A stretch of DNA of 64,000 nucleotides, taken from assembly GCA_017537925.1 (NCBI GenBank), contig JAFYJW010000061.1, positions 12,660 to 76,659 on the forward strand, given 5' to 3'. The DNA is from Synergistes sp. GTDB taxonomy: Bacteria; Synergistota; Synergistia; Synergistales; Synergistaceae. The first letter of the stretch is position 1. Every line of letters begins with the position of its first letter. Below, in pieces: positions 9,063-17,141 of this stretch. A program made the position numbers and the translations under genes. The notes beneath the pieces were generated by a model, which made no database searches, had not been told where the DNA came from, and saw only the letters and a program-made list of their open reading frames with translations.

Positions 9063-10793
9063 ATGAATTTCAGGTACCTGCTGAAAGCTGCCCTCGGTGA
9101 AGAACCCTGCGACACTTTATTTACCAACGCCCGCTTCGCCAATCTTTATACTATGGAACTGGAAAAAGGCAGCATAGCGGTAAAGGACGGCATTATCGTC
9201 GGTATCGGCAAATACGTCGAAGCTAAGGAAGTCATCGACTGCAGCGGAAAGATCCTGGTTCCAGGCTTTATTGAAGGACATATGCACGTTGAAAGCACAT
9301 TTATGACGCCGCGGACGCTTGCTGCGGTGATATCCCCGCTGGGGACCACCACAGTCATGCCGGACCCGCACGAAATTGCAAACACCTGCGGAGTCGAAGG
9401 CATTCGTTTCATGCAGCGCGAAAGCGAAGGGCTGCCGGTAGACTTCTATTACGGAGCGCCTTCATGCGTTCCGGCTTCCGAGTTTGAAACTCCGTATGAA
9501 CATATCGAGGCCGATGAGATAGACAAGCTGTTCAGAGAAGGCGTCTGCAATCATCTGGGAGAAGTCATGAACTTCCCCGGGGTAATTTCCGGTGACGAAA
9601 AGACCTGGGCAAAGCTGGAAGCTGCCGACGGATATGTGAAAACAGGTCATGCGCCCGGCGTGAGCGGAAAACTCCTGTCAGCTTATCTGCTGGGCAATAT
9701 AACCTCAGACCATGAATGCAGCAATGTGGAAGAGGCAATGGAGAAGATGCGCCGCGGCATGTTTATAATGATACGCCAGGGCGCCACAGCCAGAAACCTT
9801 GAAGATCTCGCTCCGATACTTGCGGAACATCCCGAATACTCATTGCGCTGCCTTGCGGTAAGCGATGACACGACGCCGGATTATATCGCGGAAAGAGGGC
9901 ATATGGACGGCGCTCTGCGTGAAATGATAGGCTTCGGCGTTCCCCCGATCTGCGCTCTGCGTACGTTAACGCTTACGCCGGCAGAATACTTCAGGCTCAG
10001 CGACAGAGGGGCCATAGCGCCGGCAAAGACGGCGGACATCGTAATGCTTGACAACCTCAGGAACTGCAGTGTGCTGAAGGTATGGAAAAGAGGAAAGCTC
10101 GTTGCAGAAAACGGAAAATGCACTGTAGAAATAAAAGGAGCGGTAAAGTCGCCTCTGCCGGGCTATACACTCGGCACACGCACCCCCACCGCAGAAGAGC
10201 TGGAAATCAGGGCGGACGCCGCCGGTAAGAAAATAAATGTTATAGGCATAATCCCGGGGCAGGTAGTTACAAAGACCCTCAAACTGGTACCCTCGGAGGA
10301 AAACGGCCTGATCTGTGCCGATGCGGTCAGGAACCTTGCCAAGATGGCCGTGGTCGAAAAGAACAGAGGCACGGGACGCACTGCAATAGGATTCCTGCAG
10401 GGACTCGGACTCAGGCAGGGCGCTATAGCCTCCTCCGTGGCGCATGACGCGCACAACTATACATGTGTCGGAATGGACGATATATCGATGGCGGCGGCCC
10501 TGCGTGAGCTCGCCCGCATAAAGGGCGGGATCGTGCTTACGGAGGGAGAGAAGATTCTGGCTGAACTTGAACTTCCTGTCGGAGGACTTATGAGCCTGCT
10601 CTCCGCCGAAGATATAAAAAAGAAAACGGCAGAGCTTGCTGCGGCACGCGATTACCTCGGCAGTGAGAACAGCAACGCTTTCATGTACCTGAGCTTTATG
10701 TCGCTCTCGGTCATACCGGAGCTTAAGCTTACAGACAAAGGCTACTGCGACATAACGAAACCGGACGGCATAGTGCCGCTCTTTACGGACTGA
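9063..10793 (+). CDS. ade: adenine deaminase
   Basis: GFIEGHMHVESTFMTP metal-binding motif and a length of about 576 aa. The ATG at 9063 is preceded by GGGAGG. Confidence 0.9.
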   Translation: MNFRYLLKAALGEEPCDTLFTNARFANLYTMELEKGSIAVKDGIIVGIGKYVEAKEVIDCSGKILVPGFIEGHMHVESTFMTPRTLAAVISPLGTTTVMPDPHEIANTCGVEGIRFMQRESEGLPVDFYYGAPSCVPASEFETPYEHIEADEIDKLFREGVCNHLGEVMNFPGVISGDEKTWAKLEAADGYVKTGHAPGVSGKLLSAYLLGNITSDHECSNVEEAMEKMRRGMFIMIRQGATARNLEDLAPILAEHPEYSLRCLAVSDDTTPDYIAERGHMDGALREMIGFGVPPICALRTLTLTPAEYFRLSDRGAIAPAKTADIVMLDNLRNCSVLKVWKRGKLVAENGKCTVEIKGAVKSPLPGYTLGTRTPTAEELEIRADAAGKKINVIGIIPGQVVTKTLKLVPSEENGLICADAVRNLAKMAVVEKNRGTGRTAIGFLQGLGLRQGAIASSVAHDAHNYTCVGMDDISMAAALRELARIKGGIVLTEGEKILAELELPVGGLMSLLSAEDIKKKTAELAAARDYLGSENSNAFMYLSFMSLSVIPELKLTDKGYCDITKPDGIVPLFTD

Positions 10794-10810
10794 CGCAAAA
10801 GAACACAAAA

Positions 10811-10835
10811 GCGGGGAGCGATCCCCGCTTTTTTA
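10811..10835 (+). terminator. intrinsic terminator after ade
   Basis: The GCGGGGA-gcga-TCCCCGC stem is followed by TTTTTT. Confidence 0.85.
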
Positions 10836-10873
10836 TTCTGTGAACTATTTTTCCCGCGTAAATCAAGGAGAAA

Positions 10874-10931
10874 GCCCGGCATGCCCGGCATAACAGCATT
10901 TCCAGAGAGAGAACAGACGGAGCATGCCGGG
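10874..10931 (-). terminator. possible structured terminator after the alcohol dehydrogenase gene
   Basis: CCCGGCATGC at 10875-10884 is complementary to GCATGCCGGG at 10922-10931. A second tandem CCCGGCAT copy offers alternative pairing. On the minus strand the structure is followed by a moderately T-rich run. Confidence 0.35.
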
Positions 10932-10957
10932 AAGACCGCATATCTTCAGCGCGTCGC

Positions 10958-12127
10958 TCAGAATGACCTCAGGAATATCTCAGCTATCTCGTCCCTGTCA
11001 AGGACCTTATAGCCGTCTTTGAGTATGACAGTCGCTCTGACAAGGTCAGGCAGCATATCCTTTGCCGCGCCGAGCTCCGTTATATTCATCGCAAGGCCCA
11101 TATCCTTCATCCATCTTTCCATGGCGTCGAGCCCGGCCTCGGCAAGTGCTCTTTCGCTCTTTCCTTCCGCGCTTATCCCCCACACATTTGCCGCAAAGCG
11201 CGCGAATTTCGGCAGCCCGTAAGGAAGGATATAACGATAGTACGGCAGCGACACGGCAGAGAGCGTCATTCCGTGGGTCGCGTTTGTAAGGGCGCCGACA
11301 GCCTGCCCGAGCATATGGATCATCCAGTCGCAGCTCTTTCCTTTTGAAACGAGCGTATTGAGAGCCCATGCGGCAGTCCACATTATATTGCTCCTTGCCT
11401 CATAATCGGCCGGGTCCTTCATGGCGATGCGGCTTGAGTGCAGCAGCGACCTCATCAGTCCTTCGCTTAAATAGTCGCTCGTATTGTCATCCTCGCCGGA
11501 GAAATACTGCTCGCAGATATGGTTGAAGATATCATATATTCCCGCCGCCATCTGATAAACAGGCAGAGAAAGCGTGTATTTAGGGTTCAGTATCGAAAAG
11601 CGCGGCATTATCTTCTCATCTTCGAATACATGCCCTATCTTTAATTTCTGCTCAGGATTAGTTATCACGGCACCCGCGTTCATCTCAGACCCGGTCCCCG
11701 CCATCGTAAGCACGCAGCCTACAGGCAGCGTTTCGCACACCGGCTCCTCAAAGCGTACGTAATATTTCTCCCACGGGTCTTCGGCGCAGTTCACAGAAAC
11801 AGAAAGGGCCTTTGCGTAATCGCACACAGAGCCGCCGCCTGCCGCAAGTATCAGGTCAGTCCCGTGCTTTCTTGCCGTTTCCATGCCTTCATACAGCTTA
11901 TGAACGGTCGGATTTGGCATGACTCCGGATATCTCAGCAACATTTTTCCCGGCGTCCTTCAGGATACGCATGACGCCGTCATAAATACCGTTTTTTCTGA
12001 TCGAGCCGCCTCCGTAGACAAGCAGAACATTTTTCCCGTACTTTTTAAGCTCGTTTCCGAGATACTTAAGAGAATCGTCTCCAAAATAAAGCTTCGTAGG
12101 GTTGCAGTAGGTAAAATTGCCCAGCAT
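10958..12127 (-). CDS. iron-containing (group III) alcohol dehydrogenase, butanol-dehydrogenase/YqhD-like
   Basis: 389 aa. The N-terminus FTYCNPTKLYFG, plus GGGSVCDYAK and a His-rich metal site region (HMLGQAVGALTNATHG). Confidence 0.85.
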   Translation of the reverse strand: MLGNFTYCNPTKLYFGDDSLKYLGNELKKYGKNVLLVYGGGSIRKNGIYDGVMRILKDAGKNVAEISGVMPNPTVHKLYEGMETARKHGTDLILAAGGGSVCDYAKALSVSVNCAEDPWEKYYVRFEEPVCETLPVGCVLTMAGTGSEMNAGAVITNPEQKLKIGHVFEDEKIMPRFSILNPKYTLSLPVYQMAAGIYDIFNHICEQYFSGEDDNTSDYLSEGLMRSLLHSSRIAMKDPADYEARSNIMWTAAWALNTLVSKGKSCDWMIHMLGQAVGALTNATHGMTLSAVSLPYYRYILPYGLPKFARFAANVWGISAEGKSERALAEAGLDAMERWMKDMGLAMNITELGAAKDMLPDLVRATVILKDGYKVLDRDEIAEIFLRSF

Positions 12128-12360
12128 TACGATCCCTCCGTATTTGTCATCGGTATAGTTTATTGTATTTTATAACATACCAGACGCCGCTAAGGTAATG
12201 CAAACATACGGGCACTGCAAAACAAGCCGCACAGCGCCGGATCCGGCCTTGCTGCCGGCCGCGGCAGGTAGGTTTTTAATATGCCCTTATTTTTCGGTCT
12301 GTGACAGCGCTTTTTGATTTTTAACCGCGTCGCATGAACGTCAAAAAGTTATTTTTCATA

Positions 12361-12388
12361 TTGACATGAGTGATTTTTCAGATATAAT
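12361..12388 (+). promoter_or_regulatory. sigma70-type promoter of the tRNA cluster
   Basis: TTGACA-N16-TATAAT, both hexamers perfect, about 30 nt upstream of tRNA-Arg. A T-rich stretch lies upstream. Confidence 0.8.
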
Positions 12389-12420
12389 TTGTCCTGTGCT
12401 TCGGCAGAGGCAGTGGATGT

Positions 12421-12497
<77 letters not shown>

Positions 12498-12521
12498 CTT
12501 TGCAGCTGAAGCAGCGAGTAT

Positions 12522-12599
12522 GGTGAGTGTAGCTCAACTGGTTAGAGTACTGGATTGTGGTTCCAGTTGTTGCGGGTTCAAGTCCCGTCACTCACCCCA
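12522..12599 (+). tRNA. tRNA-His(GTG)
   Basis: Extra 5' G(-1), acceptor GTGAGTG/CACTCAC, anticodon loop TTGTGGT, encoded CCA. Confidence 0.9.
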
Positions 12600-12610
12600 T
12601 TTTTTATGGC

Positions 12611-12686
12611 GGATCGTTAGCTCAACTGGCAGAGCACCTGACTCTTAATCAGGGGGTTACAGGTTCGATTCCTGTACGATCCACCA
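12611..12686 (+). tRNA. tRNA-Lys(CTT)
   Basis: Acceptor GGATCGT/ACGATCC, anticodon stem CCTGA/TCAGG with loop CTCTTAA, encoded CCA. Confidence 0.9.
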
Positions 12687-12693
12687 CTTTTCC

Positions 12694-12768
12694 GGGCGAT
12701 TAACTCAGTGGTAGAGTGTCACCTTCACACGGTGGAAGTCGTTGGTTCGAACCCAATATCGCCCACCA
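12694..12768 (+). tRNA. tRNA-Val(CAC)
   Basis: Acceptor GGGCGAT/ATCGCCC, anticodon loop TTCACAC, T-loop TTCGAAC, encoded CCA. Confidence 0.85.
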
Positions 12769-12778
12769 TTGCAAATAC

Positions 12779-12814
12779 AGGACTTCCGCGATCAACGGAA
12801 GTCCTTTTTATTTT
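12779..12814 (+). terminator. intrinsic terminator after the tRNA cluster
   Basis: 10-bp stem AGGACTTCCG/CGGAAGTCCT followed by TTTTTATTTT. Confidence 0.85.
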
Positions 12815-12991
12815 CCTCCGTCTGCCGTTCGGCTTCCGTTAAGATTAAAAACGGCTCCGGTCACTTTCATTCGTGTCAGCGCCGGTATTACGAAAAATAT
12901 TCGGCAGATAAAAGCGATTCGCATAAAACAAGGCAGGGAACCTCTCCCTGCCTGTTGTTTTGAATATTTGAGACAGCCTGAACGATAAGCC

Positions 12992-13663
12992 TTATTTATT
13001 GCTTTCGTGCCTCGGCGGCTTTTGCTGATCGCTCTGCTCCTCGGGGCGCTGCGGCTGTCCGGGCTTATTTTCAGGGTTCTTCGGCGGTTCTCCCGGTTTG
13101 AAATCATGGCTGCGGGGCCGTTCCGGTCTGTCGCCGTTCCACTGGGGATGCTCGCCCGGTTTGAAATCATGACTGCGGGGTCTCTCCGGTCTGTCACCAT
13201 TCCACTGATACTGCTGCTGACCGTTGTATCCGGAATTATTGCGGTTCCCCGGTCTTCCGGGATGCTGCAGAAGGTCTCTTGCAAGATTGGTCCAGTCTTC
13301 ATACCAATTGTCTTTTGTAAAGAAAGAGTTTGAATAGAAAAGACCGCCGCCGGCGCTGCCGGCATTCACGCCGTCTATTTCAAACCTGTATCTCAGGTTG
13401 TATCCGGCATTCGGAACTCTGAAGACGATCCGCCTCCTCTGAGCAGAGAGCACGGCCGCCGGTACGACATTGCCTGCATAGTCACGCACCAGGATACGGT
13501 GCTCATCCACGTTGATATCGCGGTCAAAACAGATTACGACCTTGCCGTTTCCCATGTATTGAATCCTGTTGATAAGAGGCGTGTCGGCAAAAGCGGCGAC
13601 GCTTGTGAGAGTCAGTGCAAGAAGAGTCAGTATAACAAACGACAATGTCTTTTTCATCGGCAT
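12992..13663 (-). CDS. secreted hypothetical protein with a Pro/Arg-rich repeat tail
   Basis: Signal peptide MKKTLSFVILTLLALTLTSVAAFA. The C-terminal half is low-complexity and carries two copies of WNGDRPERPRSHDFKPGE. Confidence 0.7.
   Translation of the reverse strand: MPMKKTLSFVILTLLALTLTSVAAFADTPLINRIQYMGNGKVVICFDRDINVDEHRILVRDYAGNVVPAAVLSAQRRRIVFRVPNAGYNLRYRFEIDGVNAGSAGGGLFYSNSFFTKDNWYEDWTNLARDLLQHPGRPGNRNNSGYNGQQQYQWNGDRPERPRSHDFKPGEHPQWNGDRPERPRSHDFKPGEPPKNPENKPGQPQRPEEQSDQQKPPRHESNK
13076..13201. repeat. 63-nt tandem duplication (2 copies) inside the secreted-protein gene
   Basis: CCCGGTTTGAAATCATG.CTGCGGGG...CCGGTCTGTC.CC.TTCCACTG occurs twice at a 63-nt offset. The differences between copies are mostly synonymous. 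Confidence 0.85.
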
Positions 13664-13841
13664 ATCCCCCTTAAATGTTTCTGTAACTGAAGTCTATCAC
13701 AGAAATGTGATGAAAATATGACAAAAAAGTATCGCATTTTTGAAGGCACAATAACTCTGCGCACAGCACAGCATAAAGCCGTCCTGCCAGATCATATATC
13801 GATTTATACGCTTACCGGGAATAATGTCATTGGAAAAGTTT

Positions 13842-13917
13842 TGGCGGTCCTAGCGAGATTCGAACTCGCGTCGCCGCCTTGAAAGGGCGGTGTCCTGGGC
13901 CTCTGGACGATAGGACC
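13842..13917 (-). tRNA. tRNA-Glu(TTC)
   Basis: The reverse complement folds as GGTCCTA...CCGCC-CTTTCAA-GGCGG...TAGGACC-G-CCA. Confidence 0.9.
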
Positions 13918-13926
13918 GTCAAAAAG

Positions 13927-14002
13927 TGGTGAGCCGTCCGGGACTTGAACCCGGGACACCCGGATTAAAAGTCCGGTGCTCTGCCAACTGAGCTAACGGC
14001 TC
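13927..14002 (-). tRNA. tRNA-Lys(TTT)
   Basis: Reverse complement GAGCCGTTAGCTCAGTTGGCAGAGC..., anticodon stem CCGGA/TCCGG with loop CTTTTAA, encoded CCA. Confidence 0.9.
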
Positions 14003-14023
14003 GCTCACATATCACGAGGAGTT

Positions 14024-14051
14024 ATTATACAGCATTTTAAATTCTTGTCAA
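14024..14051 (-). promoter_or_regulatory. sigma70-type promoter of the tRNA-Lys/tRNA-Glu pair
   Basis: On the minus strand, TTGACA-N16-TATAAT (both hexamers perfect) lies about 20 nt upstream of tRNA-Lys(TTT). Confidence 0.8.
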
Positions 14052-14140
14052 TACTCGCGCGCCTCAGCCACAGTCCGCCGCATGCCGTCCAGACTGTATC
14101 CGCGGCATGCGCCGTCCGGAAAGACAGGGGGCATATATGC

Positions 14141-14175
14141 AAAAAAGGAGACCCCTCAAAAGAGAGGAGTCTCCC
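14141..14175 (-). terminator. intrinsic terminator after the kor operon
   Basis: Minus-strand stem GGAGACTCCTC/GAGGGGTCTCC followed by TTTTTT. Confidence 0.8.
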
Positions 14176-14200
14176 TGAAAACAGCAACGTTAAAAGTTAT

Positions 14201-14794
14201 TTATTTCCCGCAGCCGCAGCCACAGCTCTTCTTTGCCGCTACCGCTTCGCACATCATTTTGTAGCCTTCTTCGAAAGCCTTCTCGTTGAGCTCTTCCGTA
14301 CCCTTCGGCACGCGGGCGAGGATGGCTTCCTTGATGGCCTGCGGCTTTGTAAGTCCCTTGTCTTCAAGGGCTTTGGCCGCTGTGCCGAGCGCCACCATGT
14401 TGACGACGATCTCACGGCCGAGCTTCTCGCGGGCCGTTCTGACTATCGGCAGCATGTATATCTCAGCATCGAGCTTCGGAGGATCGGTGACGAAGAAGTC
14501 GTCAAGGATCACCGTAGCGCCTTTGGCTGTGTCATGGCTGTATGTGTCGCAGGCTTTCTGCGTAAGGATTATCTGAAGGTTCGGATGCGAAGCCTTCGGG
14601 TAATCTATCTCATCACGGTCGTATACGACTTCGGACTTGGAAGCGCCGCCGCGGGCTTCCGGACCGTAAGCCTGGCTCTGAACCGAATTGAGGCCTTCCG
14701 TACGGAGTGCGGCCGCCTCACCAAGGATCACTGCGGCGAGAATGACTCCCTGTCCGCCGGATCCAGCAACGCGAATTTCAAAACGATCGCCCAT
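14201..14794 (-). CDS. korC: 2-oxoacid:ferredoxin oxidoreductase, gamma subunit
   Basis: FEIRVAGSGGQGVILAA N-terminus typical of gamma subunits. Last gene of the four-gene operon. Unusual C-terminal tail KKSCGCGCGK. Confidence 0.85.
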   Translation of the reverse strand: MGDRFEIRVAGSGGQGVILAAVILGEAAALRTEGLNSVQSQAYGPEARGGASKSEVVYDRDEIDYPKASHPNLQIILTQKACDTYSHDTAKGATVILDDFFVTDPPKLDAEIYMLPIVRTAREKLGREIVVNMVALGTAAKALEDKGLTKPQAIKEAILARVPKGTEELNEKAFEEGYKMMCEAVAAKKSCGCGCGK

Positions 14795-14806
14795 GATCCG
14801 TACCTC

Positions 14807-15637
14807 CTACTTCTTTCCCTGAGCGCGGGCGATAACGTCGTTGTAGCGATCTGTGTATTCGCGCGCGTTCTCTACATTCAGGAATTCGCCGCAGATGATC
14901 TTGCCTTCTAATTCTTCCGGCGTCATCTTGTCGGCCTGTGCCTTAAGGACAGTGTGCTCTTTCAGCCATTTGACGTTGTCTGTCGGGCGGCTGCGCTTGT
15001 TTTTGCGTCCGAACTGCGTATGGCAGAAGGAAACGATCTCGACAACCGCAAAGCCCTTCTTCTGATGCTCAATGGCCTTTTTGATGAACTGGGTGCACTG
15101 CACCGGGTTGGCGACTGTCGTACGCGCGACATAAGTAGCGCCCGCGCCCTGCGCGAGTTTGCAGACGTCGAATGTCGGGTCGATAGCACCGTACGGAGCC
15201 GTCGCAGCGAAAGCGCCTTCCGGAGTCGTCGGGGAGGCCTGGCCGCCGGTCATACCGTAGATATTGTTGTTCATAACGATAGCAGTGATGCCTATGTTGC
15301 GGCGGCAGGCATGGATGAAGTGGTTGCCGCCGATCGCGGTGCCGTCGCCGTCGCCCATGACGTTGACTATCGTGAGCTCAGGATTGGCCATCTTGACGCC
15401 GGTAGCGAAAGCGAGCGAGCGTCCGTGAGCCGTGTGGAGCGTGCAGGCGTCAATGTATCCGGGCATACGGCTGGAGCAGCCTATACCTGACGAGATGCAG
15501 ACTTTTTCCTTCGGTATCTGAAGGTCAGCTATCGCGCGCAGTATCGCGTGCATGATGATCCCATGTCCGCAGCCGGGGCACCAGATATGGGGCATGAACT
15601 TTGAGCGCAGGAGTTTCTTTACATCTTCGCGTGGCAT
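14807..15637 (-). CDS. korB: 2-oxoacid:ferredoxin oxidoreductase, beta (TPP-binding) subunit
   Basis: WCPGCGHG N-terminal Cys motif and the GDGDGTAIGGNHFIHA TPP-binding motif. Confidence 0.9.
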   Translation of the reverse strand: MPREDVKKLLRSKFMPHIWCPGCGHGIIMHAILRAIADLQIPKEKVCISSGIGCSSRMPGYIDACTLHTAHGRSLAFATGVKMANPELTIVNVMGDGDGTAIGGNHFIHACRRNIGITAIVMNNNIYGMTGGQASPTTPEGAFAATAPYGAIDPTFDVCKLAQGAGATYVARTTVANPVQCTQFIKKAIEHQKKGFAVVEIVSFCHTQFGRKNKRSRPTDNVKWLKEHTVLKAQADKMTPEELEGKIICGEFLNVENAREYTDRYNDVIARAQGKK

Positions 15638-15639
15638 GG

Positions 15640-16770
15640 TTACGCCACCTCCTTGATGAAGGACATAATCTCAGCCGGCTTGTAGAGTTCGCCGTTGATG
15701 AGGGTCTTCGATATGACTTCGCAGTTCGCCTTTACAGCTCTCTCTACTTCGCGAACCATCTGTCCGGCATTGAGTTCCGGAACGATGATGCATTTCACTC
15801 TCTTCGAGAATGCTTCTATCTCTTTATCCGGGAACGGCCAGATCGTGATCGGGCGGAAATGTCCGACCTTAACGCCCTGCTCGCGCAGTTCGCGGATAGC
15901 GCGGAGCGACGAGCGGGAGACCGAACCGTAGGAAACGACGACTATCTCGGCGTCTTCCATGAAGTCTTCCCTGTATTCGACGATATCATCGCGGAAACGG
16001 TCGACCTTGCGAACTATTCTGTTGGCCTTGAGGTCGATGTCGGGAGCGTCGTTTGTCGGGAAGCCCCACTCGTTCGTTGTAAGCCCTGTTACATGCCAAC
16101 GGTAACCGTCGCCGAATGCGGGCATCGGCGGGACGTCGTCTTCGTCCGGGCGGTAGGGGATGAAATCGTCCGGGGCGACTGTCGGCTTTTTGCGGTCTAC
16201 TACTTTATATGTTCCGGGTTCGGGGATGGTTATCTTTTCGCGCATATGTCCGATAACTTCGTCGGCCATAACGAGTACCGGCTGGCGGAAGCGCTCAGCC
16301 ATGTTGAAAGCTTTGATCGTGATGTTGTAGCACTCGGGAATCGAGCAGGGGGCGTAGGCGATAGTGCCGTGGTCTCCGTGGGTTCCCCATTTGGCCTGCA
16401 TTACGTCAGCCTGTGAAACTTTCGTCGGGAGTCCCGTCGACGGACCGCCGCGCATTACGTCGGCGACGACGATGGGGATCTCAGCGATGTAGCCGAAGCC
16501 GAGAAGTTCCTGCTTAAGTGAGATACCGGGGCCGGAGCTTGCCGTCATGGCTTTCTTACCGGCTATCGAAGCGCCGAGAGCAGATGCGATGCCGCCGATC
16601 TCGTCTTCCATCTGGACGAACTTGCCGCCGAGCTTCGGAAGCTCTTCGGACATGACTTCCATGATCTCCGTTGACGGGGTGATAGGATAGCCGCCGAAGA
16701 ACCTGCAGCCTGCGGCGATAGCGCCCATGGCTATAGCCTTATTACCCTGCCAGAATTCGTTCTGGGCCAT
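15640..16770 (-). CDS. korA: 2-oxoacid:ferredoxin oxidoreductase, alpha subunit
   Basis: 376 aa. GNKAIAMGAIAAGCRFFGGYPITPSTEI N-terminus typical of alpha subunits. Confidence 0.9.
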   Translation of the reverse strand: MAQNEFWQGNKAIAMGAIAAGCRFFGGYPITPSTEIMEVMSEELPKLGGKFVQMEDEIGGIASALGASIAGKKAMTASSGPGISLKQELLGFGYIAEIPIVVADVMRGGPSTGLPTKVSQADVMQAKWGTHGDHGTIAYAPCSIPECYNITIKAFNMAERFRQPVLVMADEVIGHMREKITIPEPGTYKVVDRKKPTVAPDDFIPYRPDEDDVPPMPAFGDGYRWHVTGLTTNEWGFPTNDAPDIDLKANRIVRKVDRFRDDIVEYREDFMEDAEIVVVSYGSVSRSSLRAIRELREQGVKVGHFRPITIWPFPDKEIEAFSKRVKCIIVPELNAGQMVREVERAVKANCEVISKTLINGELYKPAEIMSFIKEVA

Positions 16771-16772
16771 AA

Positions 16773-16982
16773 TTATTCACACTCCTTGATGTCAATTGCC
16801 AGATCCGGGCATGTGTTATCGCACTGATGGCAGCCAATGCAATCTTCCGGACGAACCGCTACGCACTTAACCTGATCGTTAAGTTCCAGAACCTTCTTGG
16901 GGCATATAGCGATACAGAGGCCACATCCCTTGCACCATTTCTCCACAACTTCGATGTTGAACTTCTTCGCCAAAAGACCCAC
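16773..16982 (-). CDS. korD: 2-oxoacid:ferredoxin oxidoreductase, delta subunit (2x[4Fe-4S] ferredoxin)
   Basis: 69 aa with two CxxCxxCxxxCP motifs (CKGCGLCIAICP, CIGCHQCDNTCP). GTG start preceded by GGAAGGAAGG. Substrate specificity (2-oxoglutarate versus branched-chain 2-oxoacids) cannot be read from the sequence. Confidence 0.85.
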   Translation of the reverse strand: MGLLAKKFNIEVVEKWCKGCGLCIAICPKKVLELNDQVKCVAVRPEDCIGCHQCDNTCPDLAIDIKECE

Positions 16983-17036
16983 CTTCCTTCCACACTTCTA
17001 ATCGATTTTTTCTGTCAGCCAAGATATGCTGAAAAG

Positions 17037-17063
17037 TTGGCATAACCTTTTGTATTATGCCAA
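17037..17063. promoter_or_regulatory. operator-like palindrome TTGGCATAA-N9-TTATGCCAA upstream of korD
   Basis: Perfect 9-bp inverted arms about 55-80 nt upstream of the korD start. It overlaps a candidate minus-strand promoter (TTGAAT-N17-CATAAT). Confidence 0.45.
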
Positions 17064-17141
17064 AACTTTATAATATATTCAAGCTTGATAATAATTTCTT
17101 TATTTTCTGATAAATATACTATATTGCGAAAGACCTGCCCG

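Noticed and set aside
7967-9100. Long plus-strand ORF (377 aa) antisense to pyrD/pyrK. Similar long antisense ORFs occur at 33335-34543 (402 aa), 14045-14911, 15601-16416, 9966-10808, 25053-25649 and 38609-39202.
   Set aside because: - They fully overlap genes with strong family signatures on the other strand.
- Their products are Arg/Ala/Pro/Ser-rich and low in complexity, with no recognisable motifs.
- This is the usual shadow-ORF artefact of GC-rich DNA.
13076-13201. Tandem repeat considered as a minisatellite or CRISPR-like array.
   Set aside because: There are only two copies with no spacers. They lie in-frame inside a signal-peptide-bearing ORF and differ mostly at synonymous sites, so this is a coding duplication.
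17037-17063. Reading TTGGCA...TGCCAA as a sigma-54 (-24/-12) promoter.
   Set aside because: The GG-N10-GC spacing is not met on either strand. The perfect two-fold symmetry fits a dimeric regulator site better.
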